Assembly: GCF_009834535.1 (NCBI RefSeq)
Contig: NC_045697.1
Location: 115,198,001 to 115,262,000, forward strand
Direction: 5' to 3'
From: Camelus ferus
Lineage: Eukaryota
DNA: 64,000 nt
The translations under genes and the position numbers were made by a program. Each line of letters starts with the position of its first letter. Position 1 is the stretch's first letter. The notes beneath the pieces were generated by a model. The model did not search any database, was not told where the DNA came from, and saw only the letters and a program-made list of their open reading frames with translations. Of this stretch, positions 49,480 to 61,281 are shown one piece after another.

Positions 49480-50460
49480 TGGCTTTAACTTCTTACATTT
49501 TGCATATTTTGCCCTGCACTTAATTATTCTGCATATTTTCTTCCTTTCTTGGCTTAAAAACATAAAACTGTTTTAAAAACTTGTTTCTATTTTTTTTTAA
49601 TTCAGTTTTCTTCTTTACTCATGTAAAACATATACATTCCCTATTCTTTATCTGGATATCATTAAAATTTTACCAAGCATCATTTATTGTATACAGTCTA
49701 AATTCAATGCCTCTTTCCTCCCCAAAATAAAAGCTTTAGAAAATTTAAACTATAATAAATACTCTCCTGACTTAAATCATTTTCTAGTATTTTAACACTA
49801 TCATTTTTAATATCATAAATGAGACTTTTAAGAAAATCAAAATAGAATGTTATTTATTTTTATTCTTCTAAATCTCTGCTTACCATTCTTTCTTGCATCT
49901 CAGAGCTCCCTCCTAGTCCATGGGCACAGTCTCCTTCTCCTGGTGAGATTCTTTAGTATAGCCTTGCTAGTGGTAATCACAGATTTTGTGTATTTAAGAA
50001 TTTTCTTTACTTGACTTTGTTTTAAAAATATACTTTTTTTTTCTGGATATAAAAAAACTTGATTAACAATAATGTTCTCTCAGCATTCTATGCCAAAATA
50101 CAGAACTCTGTCTTCAGGCGTTAGCTGCTGAGAAATCTGTCATTAGTCTAAATGTTCCCATGCATGTGATCCTACCACGTCCCTCTGGCTACTTTGTAAA
50201 ATGTCTTCTTTGTGTCTGGTGTTTCTCGGTATTCCTCTAGGTATGCACATATTTGTATTTATCCTGTGAGTTTTAAACTGGGCTTTGTGTACCTTGGGCT
50301 TTGGATTTATGTCTTTAATCTCGTCAGGAAATTTTTCAGTCATTCTTTTCTCAAGTATTTTATTTCCACCCACCTCTTCATTCTCCACTTCTAGATATTT
50401 GATTAGACATATATGCTGGACTTTCCCATTCTACCCTTCGTTTCTAAATTCTCACCTTTT
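49480..50460 (-). mobile_element. Old L1/HAL1-type ORF1 region
   Basis: ORF 50143-50388(-) KILEKRMTEKFPDEIKDINP..RINTNMCIPRGI resembles the L1 ORF1p RRM region (IMAENFP..RINxKxxTPRHI). Confidence 0.75.
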
Positions 50461-50464
50461 TTGT

Positions 50465-50767
50465 ATTTTATTTTTTATTTTTGAAGTATAGTTGTTTTAC
50501 AACATTATATTAGTATCAGGTGTACAACATAGTGATTCAATATTTTTATAGCTAATTCTCCATTTAATGTTGTTATAACATAATGGCTTTATTTCTGTGT
50601 GTTGTACAATATATCCTTGTTGCTTATTTATTTGGTACATAGTATTTTGTATCACTTAATCCCATATCCCTAATATGTCCCTCTCCTGTCCCCCTCCCCA
50701 CTGGGACATAAAACAAATGGATGGATACAACAAAACAGAAACAGACTCATTATATAGAAAACAAACT
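50465..50767 (-). mobile_element. L1 3' end with a 5' inversion (50705-50767 on +)
   Basis: Antisense 3' UTR runs to '...ccccctccccactgg'; the next L1 segment then appears in sense: 'acaaaacagaaacagactcattatatagaaaacaaact'. Confidence 0.85.
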
Positions 50768-51164
50768 GCATGTGTTTTTATTCTGTTTTCTACCTAGTAA
50801 CCATCTAGAGCCATTTTAGCCCCATTCAAAGGTTTCTGGGTTTAATTTGAGGGGCTCAAGTTTCATCCTGCACTTTGCTGCTGGTAAAACAAACAAACAA
50901 ATAAAAACAAAGAAACAAACAAAAACAAAAAACAACAAAAAACCCCTTTGTCTGCTAACTGTAGCACTGGTAGCGGGGATTGCCCTGGAGTAACCCACCT
51001 TTAACAGATGATTTCCTGTCTCAGTTTGAATTCAAGTCTTAGTTCCCAGCCTCCCCTTCCCATCTTTGATTTGCAGGAGGCCCTTCCAAGTAGCTGGACT
51101 GCCAGGCTTCTTTTACTCAATCCTTTTATGCTTTAATATTTCCTTTTTGGTATTTAATTTTTAG

Positions 51165-51415
51165 CATTTAATTTTTAGCCAACTTTATGGTGTGTATTAG
51201 CACACACCATAATATTCAGCCACTCAAAGTGTTCAATTTTATAAATTTGGACAAATGTTGATAGTTTTGTAAACATCACAATAATCAAAATTGAGAACAT
51301 TTCTATCACCCTGAAAATGTCCTAGTTTTCCCTTATAGTCTATATCCTACTGCCCATTCACAAGCCCCTGGTAACCACTGTTCTGTTTCTTGTTACTATA
51401 GTTTTTAGCTATTTC
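51165..51415 (-). mobile_element. L1MB/L1ME-type 3' end
   Basis: 'catcacaataatcaaaattgagaacatttctatcaccctgaaaa...cccctggtaaccactgttctgtttcttgttactatagtttt'. Confidence 0.85.
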
Positions 51416-51702
51416 TTTTTTGTTAAACTGAAAGCCGTTTAGCTGGAAGACCTAATTTCACCTGGGATCATATTCTGTCTTGCTTTCTTAAAGGATTATT
51501 TTTATTGTCTCTCTTGTTATCAGTACTGCTAAAGACAATTACCTCTAGATATATCAATTTGACTTGTTTTTAGCTTAGAGCCTCCAAATGAATGAGATCC
51601 AAAATTTATTTCCTGCCTTGAGTAGAATACGAAGTGATAAGCAAAGAATGTCTGTTCTTTCCCCTGAGTGTGTTTACTGCACTTCTTGGTCTGTCTCTGC
51701 AG

Positions 51703-51730
51703 GTGTGTGTGCGTGTGCGTGTGCATGTGC

Positions 51731-51764
<34 letters not shown>
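51703..51764. repeat. (TG)n microsatellite with TGCG interruptions
   Basis: Seen directly. Confidence 0.95.
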
Positions 51765-51765
<1 letters not shown>

Positions 51766-52299
51766 GGGATCATTGTAAGATTTTTTCAGGATTTCCTCTT
51801 TATCTAACTTTAATTTTTGCACTGTTTACATGTAGGATAGAGGAAGAGTTCTGAAATCTGCATGGAACCAAATTAGAGAAACTTGTAAAAATGTAAAAAT
51901 CTCTCTCTTTCAGTGAGCACTGCTTCCAACAGGATTAGAACATGAGACGTGGCACCTTCTTTGTCTAATTGCTGCAGTGTGTTCTCCTGACTTGTTTATC
52001 TTCTTTACTGATCTCAACATTAGTTTCTATGAGGGGGAATTTAGAAGTCTTGCCTGACTCCATCATACTAACCCAAAATTTTATTTATTTCTGAAACCAC
52101 ATAAGTAGAAGGAATTGTTATCTCTAGGAAATGATGTCTTTTTCAACATTGGCACTAGAGATTCTTTCAAGTCATATTTGTATCAAAGCTATTTAGTTGT
52201 ATAATTTTGTCAAAAGAGTTTATTAAAACAGTCCCACCTCAATAATCTAAAATAAAAAGATATGCAGAGACATTTTAACTACATTGTCTTCACATTCCT

Positions 52300-52440
52300 C
52301 TCTAATCAGTCTATAGACGTGTCTCTATGTTATGCTGTAATTTCTCTGAAACTTGTGTTCTTTGCAACCTTAGGGCCTAGTAATGTGCATGGTGCCCAGT
52401 GTAAGTTTAATAAAGGCTTTTTATTGACTGAATGGAATCT
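52300..52440 (+). mobile_element. L2 3' end
   Basis: 'agggcctagtaatgtgcatggtgcccagtgtaagtttaataaaggcttttattgactgaatgg'. Confidence 0.7.
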
Positions 52441-52929
52441 TGTGATTTAAAAGAGAGACATACCTCTCATAGTCCACATGTTTTGGAATTACAACCATAT
52501 GTGTAAAATAGAATAAAATTTCTGTTAAACAAAGACTAGATGTAAACCATACATAATAGAAATAATAATTCTTTGCAATTTGTATATAAACTCTGAAAAG
52601 AAAATTACCAGTTTAATTGATTCTAGAAAAGCTGATTATGCCAGGAAATATCACACAGGATCCAAGAATCAGACAGCAGATCACATCAAAGTAGGACAAT
52701 GAGAGAAGAGTCAGTGGACAGACATTAAATAGCTTTGTGAGTATGATTTCCCTGAGTGTCCCACTGAGGATGAGTGGATATTTAATACTAGAGCCCCACA
52801 CCTATGAAGTACCTGTGGATGTTTTAAACATATTTAATTTGGGTAACCTATGTAAATTTAACTATTCCCAACAAATGCGTTTGTTGCATTTATCAGGCAG
52901 GCATATGGATAAGGCCCCAGTGGGAGATA

Positions 52930-53290
52930 CTCAAGTAGAGACTACTGGCTAATAAGCAAAATGGGCTGTCTTTTCTTTATAGGTTTAGAGCCAGGCTCCA
53001 TGTGAGTGAGCTAGTGAGGGCCACCTGCACAAGTGACCCTTTGAAACTTCCCTGGCTTTGCCATGAGCTCTTTCCATTCCAGACGACTGAAATCTTACTC
53101 TCAGGGAAACCCTCAAAGGCATGTGTTGAAAGCGTTGGAGTCTCTATCAGCCTGGGTTCCTGAATCCTAACATAAAGAGAAACTCCCTGTTCCCTACCCC
53201 CAGGAAATGAAGCAAAAATGAACGTGCTGGTCTTGAGCCACTACACATTTGGGGACAGTTTGCTACCCTATCCTACCCTAATTCGTACTA
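52930..53290 (+). mobile_element. Old MaLR LTR (MLT1I/J-like)
   Basis: 'tctatcagcctgggttcctgaat...ttgagccactacacatttggggacagtttgctacc...ctaccctaattcgtac'. Confidence 0.7.
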
Positions 53291-55422
53291 TTCCTAACCC
53301 AAGTGGTATCAATCAACAATTAGAGTTGCTGTCCTGTTATTAAAAATCTGAATTAAACCCACTCCTGTTTGGGTGTATTAATTCATACCAAAAAAAAAAA
53401 AAAAAAGCCATCTTTCTGGTCTCCTATATTATAAATGGACAACACATAATTATATATTCAAATATTCCATACAGCCATTATTTCAAAACATAAAAATATA
53501 ATACCTCAAAAAATACTGAGAAAGAACAATAGAGATGAGAAAGGATTTTCTGTTTCCTGCCTCACACTCTTGGAATAAACTAGAAGACTCTGTGCTGTTA
53601 CCACTTACACAAGTGAACTGAAAATATGTATGTGGCATGTGCTGCAGGATATTTTGTAAAAACGAACGCCCATTGTGTCCATGTTCTTTGAAACGTTTCT
53701 TTACATGAAACATATTTTGTCCAATATTAGAACTTCTCACAGGATTTAAATGAGTTGATGAGTTGCTTAATTTCTCCGGCAAACTACTGTTGCTCCAGCT
53801 GAGAGATAAAAGCAATTTCTTTGTAGCCCTTTCCAAGTCCTTGTATAATAAAAATGTGTCAAAAAAAAAAAACAAAACCCTCGGAAGGTAGACAATGGAG
53901 ACCGTAATAATGGGCATTGTCACTAAACAGTTCTGATACCTCAGTGTAACTGTGTTCCCTGTGGGGCAACAGCAAGACATTCAGCAGGAAATTGTATCGT
54001 TATTAAAGTCTGATGGATGCGGTCGTTAGAGGCAGCGGAAGACTCCTGTTCGGTGGAGGAGCGCTGTCCAAGGTGCTCTCAGCGGTTTTCATCCCGAGTT
54101 TTAGAAGAACATGCAAGATGGCATTGCGTACACTCCTTGACAACTTGCCCACGGGGGGCTTCATTTAAAGCATTTACCATGAAAAATCTTGATAACAGCC
54201 TTCTTTGGGAAAGATTGCTGAAAGCTGTCAAATGCTGGTCTTTTGCAGTACATAATGAGCCACTGCCAGCGCTATGTTGCCTTGACGGAAGCTGGGTTTT
54301 AAAGGGTTCTCTAGGAGTAAACTCCTACGTTTGTCACATTTTATGTAATTTGGAAACTTTGTTTGGAATGTTTATTATGGCTCTCACCTGAGCTCTGCAA
54401 GTTGTTCAGCCTTAGTTCATACCCTGATAAGAAGGAAAGGACTGCACACAAGAAGACAAATTTGCTCTTCCAAAAACACACCAGACCCTCAGCTGTGGTT
54501 CTCATTTGAGTTGTGATTTGTTCCATACATCCTGGTTCCTATTGCTACAGGATTTGAGTTTAAATTGTTCAATTTTCTTTGGAGTTAACCAGTTTCTTTA
54601 TACTGTTATTGTACTTGTATATTCACAACTAACATCCTATCATCCTAGAAACCACATTTTTTCCCCTTTAAAATAAGAATCAAAACTTTCTATTTTAATC
54701 CTTAGGCTGTGACAGTCAGATGTACTTAAAATGGAGTGAGTGGTTTGAAACTACTTATATGTCCTGAGTCTTTTATATACATCTTACTTCCAGTACAAAA
54801 CAGTTCAAAAAATATGTATTCTCATCCTATTTGTTATAGAAATGAAATAGTGGATTTTTAACTCTAAGATATCACCAGGCAGGGGTTATTTCCTTATACT
54901 ATAAATATCTTTTCTATCCCCTCACTTTTTTCTTGATCATTTTCTTGGAGTAGATCTTATTTCCTGTCCTTGGACTTCCTTCCCTACTCAGAACTCAATC
55001 TTCCCTTGCAGTGTCTTGACTCTGATATTATTTGGCCCCACAGGAACTGACAATGCATTGATCCTGACACCTATTTTCTGGTCCTCATCCCATCCTGGTC
55101 TCACTTTTCTTCACTTCTAGATTAGAATCCATGGCTTATCATTATTTTGCTCCCTTGGAACATCCTCAGCAGCCTCCATAATCTATTTCACCCATAAAGC
55201 TGCCTAGAGAGTCCCCAATCTGGGGGTCTTCCATCAACTCTGTGCTTGAAGCAAAATATCTTGTTGCCTGCTCTCACTTTAAAATATAATCACTGACTTA
55301 GTTGGCCCTGAACTTGGCTCTGCAATTCTCTTACAATTCCCCCTCCCCAGTACAGTAATTCTCCCACTCTCTTCAAGGAGTGTTTTACACCGTCTTCTCT
55401 TTAGCCTCAAAATGCTACTCCA

Positions 55423-55674
55423 AGGCGGGTGGGAAGGGATAAATTGGGAGTTAGAGATTTGCAGATACTAACTAATATATATAGAATGGATAAACAACAA
55501 GTTTATGCTGTACAGCACAGGGAACTCTATTCAATATCTTGTAGTAACTTATGGTGAAATAGAATATGAAAACGACTATATGTATATTCACATATGACTG
55601 AAGTACTGTGCTGTACACTAGAAATTGACACAACATTGTAAACTGACTATACTGCAATAGGAATATATTTCAGA
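55423..55674 (+). mobile_element. Young 5'-truncated L1 3' end
   Basis: 'ggcgggtgggaagggataaattgggagttagagatttgcagatact...aactgactatactgcaat'; perfect 14-bp TSD aaaatgctactcca (55409-55422 and 55675-55688). Confidence 0.95.
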
Positions 55675-55712
55675 AAAATGCTACTCCACCACCACTTCTC
55701 CCTTATTCCTAT

Positions 55713-56876
55713 TATTGCCAATGATTAGGTTCTTGTCTCATCACAGAAAGAATTCAGGGACGAGCCACAGAGGTTGAGAAAGTAAAGTGAGAATTTATTA
55801 AGGGATGGATAGTGCACTCTCAAGGGGAAAGTGAGCAGGCCCAGGTGAGCAGCTGCCCTGAGTTTCTCTGGCAAGTTGGTTACATGGAGCATAAAAATGA
55901 ATGGGCGGAATATTCATTGGGGAGGGAAGGGTTTGGGAGTCGTATTTCCTGATTTTAATCCCAGCTCTGCCTTCCTGTGGGAAGAGGGATTTTTGTCCTT
56001 ATTTAATCTGGATCAGAAGTGTCATGGCATCAGTGCATGATGGGTACTTCTAATTTGCAAGGCTAAGTTTATTTCTTATTTTTTAATACCTTTATTATGA
56101 TATGATTCCTATACAGTAAACTACACATATTTCAGATGCACAATTTGATGAATTTTGATAGATGTACACACCAGTGAAACTGCCACAATCAAGATAGCTA
56201 ACACTTCCATCACTCTCTAAGAGGTGTAAATTTCAAATTCCTAATTTATCCCTTCCCACCCACTTTTACTCCCTGGTAACCATAAGTTTGTTTTCTATGT
56301 CTGTGAATCTGTTTCTGTTTTGTAAATAATTTCATTTGTGTCCTTTTTTTAGATTCCACATATGAGAGATCTCATATAGTATTTTTCTTTCTCTTTCTGA
56401 CTTACTTCACTTAGAATGACAACCTCTAGGTCCATCCATGTTGCTGCAAATGATATTATTTTATTCTTTTTTATGTCTGAGTAGTATTCATTGTATAAAT
56501 ATATCACAACTTTTTTATCCAGTCTTCTGTTGATCGACATTTGTGTTGTTTCCGTGTCTTGGCTATTGTAAATAGTAAGGCTAATTTTATTGTAATGTGG
56601 GCATAATGAGCAAAAGGTTATATTTGGACACTGGAGATTCCTGTCTTTTCCCACCTTTCTTTGTTGGCCTTCAGGGCACTTGTCAGCACAAAATGTGTGA
56701 TCGCCTAACAACCCAGAGGTTCCTGTTTTTCCTCTGTCTGCCCAAGGCCTTCTATTATTTACATGATGTATGATTTCTTACATTTTGCCCTGTGCCTCTC
56801 TCTTTTGCCCAACACCTACCATTTGACCTGTATCCCCGTTTCTCTGTTCCTATCTAGCTATCTGCCTGTGCTAACA
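55713..56876 (-). mobile_element. ERV1-class solo LTR with a nested L1
   Basis: Termini 'tattgcc' (TG mutated) and 'gctaaca'; perfect 4-bp TSD ctat (55709-55712 and 56877-56880); 'tttatt' poly(A) signal ~55794. Confidence 0.88.
56074..56576 (-). mobile_element. Chimeric L1 insertion: young L1 ORF2 end and 3' UTR fused to an ancient L1M-type 3' terminus
   Basis: 15-bp TSD aaggctaa[g/t]tttatt (56059-56073 and 56577-56591); ORF 56349-56711(-) carries L1 ORF2 C-terminal FAATWMDLEVVILSEVSQKEKEKYYMRSLICGI; 56074-~56224 is a different, older-type L1 terminus. Confidence 0.85.
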
Positions 56877-59800
56877 CTATCTTTCTTCCAATTCACTGAG
56901 AAAATGGAAACAAATACAGAAACAAACTTCCAGGTGCACCCAGCATCCCATTTCTAACTTACTCACCACTGTTCTCATATATTCTGTCCATACTCCTCTT
57001 AATAATATTAGGATGGATGTTTGCAGTTGTTCACTAGATCCCAGGGACATGATTCCAGGAATCATCATTTTTTTTTCACAATTTTATTCCTTTCTCTTTG
57101 CTCATTGCTCATTTTATATTTTTTCCATTAAAAAAGCTTTTTGCACTGTAACCATCCCCACCTCCTATACCACTTTACAGGAAAACTGCTCACCCCATGT
57201 CTTCATCCCCCAGTCTTTCTTAAACTCATTCTTTTTTTTACTCTTCTTACCCAACAAAATATATTTGCTTATTTACACATTGCTAATTCCAGTGGGTAAT
57301 TTTCTGTTCACACTTTGCTTAACTTACTAGCTTCACTCAATTTGATAGGCTTTACATACCGTCTCTTGTTGGATGATTGACAAATACTTCTTGGGGTATC
57401 TACCCAGAATTCTAGTATATTTAAGCTCATTACCTGACAGCTTTACTCAAATGCATAAAAGTTTACTCTTGATGGCTACTTTAAAGCTTATTTTTATTCC
57501 ATAGTTTTCTCCATCTTAGGACACAGAAACTTCATTCTTTAATTATTCAGGCAAAATAAATCTTGATTTTATTTTAGAATCCTGTCTTTTCTTTTATACT
57601 TCACATCCAAACTACCATTAAAATCTTACATCTAAAGTGCATTTGAAATCTGTTCCCTTCACACAACTCCCACCGCTAACAACTTGGTCCAAACCACCAT
57701 GTTTTACGCCACCTGGATCATGGCCACCACTTCCCAAGTTAGGTGTCTCTCCTTTAACCCTTGTCCTCCCTAACTTATGCAAAACCCAGAGGGAATGATA
57801 TAAGCCAAACCACTGCACTCCTCAGCATTTTTATCTCGCTTGGGATAAAATGCAAAATCCTTCACTCTATCCTATAAAATCCTACTTACACTGACCCCTG
57901 CTACTGCTCTGACTTTGTGTGTTACTTCACTTCACTTTGGTCACTGTGCTCCAGTCACACAGGTGTTCTGGCTGATCTCCAACCACAGGAAGCCTCCACA
58001 CTTCTGCCTTTGCAGTTCCCTTACTCTCCTTCTGGAATCTTCTTGCCCCAGAGAGTCAGAGTTCATACCCTCCCTTCCTCCATTTCTTTGATGAGTATTT
58101 TGTTATCCAGCCTTCTGTTATTGTCCCATAAAAGACATTCAGATTCTTTGTTCTGCTTGGCCCTCTTCCCTTGCTTTCCTCATTTCCATTAACTTATTAC
58201 CATACATCATAGTGCACATTTTATTGTCTTATTGTCTGTCTCCCTACCTAGAATATAAGTTCCTTGAGAGTAGCATCTGTAATGTGTTTCTAGCTGCAAC
58301 CACATATTACATATTCGGTGAGTATATTTGGAATGAGTGAAATAATTATTTTTTTGCAAATATACTTTAACAATAATTATATCCTCAACTATTATATAGG
58401 ACATATACCTCAACTTACATTTCATTCACTGTAAGTCAATGGAGAAAATGCCAAGCCCTCGATTATGCAGATTTCAGATAAACACAGTACCATGTTCGGA
58501 CTTGGCATTTTTTATTATTTCACTCACCAAAATTTAAGTTTTACTCTCTGCCTATTACACAGTCTTTTGCTGTTTTTAAGCTACAAACTATCATGCGTTC
58601 ATTGTTCACTGAAATATATTGATTTTTTTCAAACCATCTAGGTCCTCATTCCATTTTTGCAGGTAATACATGACATATACAAATGGTAGTGAATGTAAAT
58701 CGAAAAGATATATTTTATTCTGTCAAAATCTTTGTTTTACTTTAAGATTTTTCATTGATATTTGTTTGATGGATTTCTTTCGACATATTCTGTGTTTCAT
58801 GACAACAAAGTTTTCATTATTTATAGCTTTGACATAAAATCACCATCTTCATTACAAGTAAGATATTTCACTTTGAGTACTGCTTTTGTGGTTTCTAATT
58901 TTACCTTTCTTATTTAGTTTTTTTGTTTGTTTGGTATGCTTTTTTAGTTGTAATGATTAATTTCCTTCTGCCAGTTATTTTTAAACATTTTATGTGAGAT
59001 CTTAAATTTAGTTTCACATTCCTTTAAATCACTCTGTGGTTATTTTCCTATTAGTAGGAGAGGTTGCTGCACTTCGTGTTTATTAAAGCTGTTTTTGTTT
59101 ATTTGAAAATGTCCTCACACCTTGCTATGTGGATTGTATTTGTCTGCTTTTATCTTGTGTTATATACAAATTAAAAATGGTATATTTAATTCCACAGTTT
59201 ATCTTCACATTTATCAAATGTACATATGATATCCTATTTCTCTAGTTATGAAAAACAAGAAAATATATTTTTATGATTTTAATAAGCAATATGAGGTATA
59301 TTCATGAAATTATCTTCTTTCTTCCTCCCATTTTTCATGACTTTTAACCTGTTCCTGAAGTTTTAGGTGATAATGTTTTTACCATATATAAAATCTATTA
59401 AAATTGAGTAATGATGGAGTTTCTTAAGGAATATTAGTGAGATGTTGGTATGGAAATGTATGCATGAATGTGCTGTCCATGATTTGATTTCATGTGTAGA
59501 ATAAAAGAATGGGGAATATTTTTTTTTAACCAGTCAGTATTAACTTGCAACATAAATCTCTTAAATTTCCACATAAGTTAAAATTTATGTCACAACCAAG
59601 ATAGAACTGTTGTGCCATTCATAATTAGAATTCAATTTTTCTGAGTGGTTGTAGAAATTGATCAGGAAGTCAAAGATAAAGTTTCATTTATCATGACACA
59701 GACATAAAAAATATGGATTACGGAGAACCAGACTGATACAACAGAGAAGCCAGGAAGAAATGTGGAGCTACACTGCAAAAGAATCAGATGACCCACCCGG

Positions 59801-60077
59801 CCACTTCGATTTTCAACATGGTGAGGTCTTAGAATGACTACATTTCAGTAAAGCTAAAGTCTAAGAAGGGTTTCTCTTGGTCAGTAACATACACTCTCCT
59901 AGTAGTAAATGAGCAAATGTAGGAGAAAAGAGGAATTGATGGTACTTTCTTCTTTGTTTAAAACATTCAATACTTAGTCCTAAGTTTTCTAATGCTGAAT
60001 AGTCAGTTAAATTAAGCTCTGTGCATTATTTGGGATATAACAGGGACTAGGTTTCATTTCTGTGGCTAATTTGAGCA

Positions 60078-60185
60078 CTAGGGGGAATAAAACATATAAT
60101 GTACCTTTTTATAAATGACTCATGTTTATCTCTAGGGGGAATAAAACATATAATGTACCTTTTTATAAATCATTCATGTTTATCT
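60078..60185. repeat. 54-bp tandem duplication (2 copies, 2 mismatches)
   Basis: ctagggggaataaaacatataatgtacctttttataaat[gac/cat]tcatgtttatct occurs twice, followed by (CA)n. Confidence 0.95.
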
Positions 60186-60188
60186 CTC

Positions 60189-60229
60189 CACACACACACA
60201 CATACACACAGAACACACAGACACACACA
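60189..60229. repeat. Imperfect (CA)n microsatellite
   Basis: Seen directly. Confidence 0.9.
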
Positions 60230-61281
60230 TTTCTGTTGTGTTTTCACTGACAATGTTTTTATTCTGTATGTTTTCTATTCCTCATTTACTAATCTTGGTT
60301 TTCTTTCATTTGGCTGGAAACTGATCTTGTGCAGTTTACTTAGAAGAATATTTATTGCCTCTGTCTTTGCAGCCCTGATGCTTTTTTAAAGTATTTTATC
60401 ACATCGACATCATCGAGTACCCGCAGTGACCCCCCACCCACCCACCCAGCAGTCACCTTCCATTCCCAGCTCTTTGGCATCTTGGGAGCTATAGCCTCTC
60501 AACACATGTAGAAAGGGTAGAAAACTTCAGAAGCTTGAATCTGTGTCTTCACTTCAAAGAGAGATCCTGAAGTACTTGCTGACTATTTTCCTATCTTTTA
60601 ATTTAGTTCAGTTTAATCTTGATGTAATGCCTAATCACATATATGCCATATTATTTTCCTATTAAAAAAATTACCTTCACAGTAAGTTGATGGAGTTTTC
60701 CTTTGTATGTAGCTCATTAACGAAGCAGTCGATGAATATGAGAGGTCACACATCTGAAACGTGGATTTCTTTCATGTGTACAAAAGATAAGGTGACACAC
60801 TGAGAAATAAAATTATTAAGCTTCCAATCTAATATTAAAGTAAAATTGGAATCAACAAAAATGACTTTCTAGTTGATGAGCCCATCCCCCCATCTGACAG
60901 TAATTCCTAAAAGTATTTTGAAACTACTTTGGTCACACATTTAACATAATGGCTTTTGCTCATTATTCCTGACCTCTTTCTGCAGCCTTAAATAATAATT
61001 TATTATAGGATAATAATTTATTATAGGATAGAATCTCACTGATATTTAGATAGCTTGCCCTTCAAAACCTAATGTTGCATCTAGCAGTACACTTTAAGGA
61101 ATACCAAAAGATAGACATGTAACTCTCAGACGAGGTAATTTTTAACAGATTCTTATTCCTGTACCTCATGTGTTTTACTTTATTTAAGAAATTTTCCCCC
61201 TTTGATTCAATCTTGAACCAGGATTTTTGCCTCCATCCATGGAATTATAAATGGTATTTAATATAATTCTTCTAAAATATA

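Larger units (their letters stand above)
54900..58340 (+). mobile_element. Long L2 remnant carrying nested L1 and LTR insertions
   Basis: L2 motifs on both sides of the insertions: 'cactgagaaaatggaaac', 'cttttcttttatacttcacatccaa', 'cactgtgctccagtcacac', 'tgtctgtctccctacctagaatataagttccttgagag', and the 3' tail 'tatttggaatgagtgaa'. Confidence 0.85.

Noticed and set aside
53483..53980. 165-aa minus-strand ORF
   Set aside because: No recognisable homology; it passes through an A/T homopolymer and has a composition typical of random AT-rich DNA.
60078..60185. CRISPR-like repeat
   Set aside because: Two adjacent copies with no spacer, in mammalian DNA.
60992..61030. 18-bp tandem duplication; also an 11-bp duplication at 47193-47213
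   Set aside because: Ordinary slippage-scale events with no sign of function.
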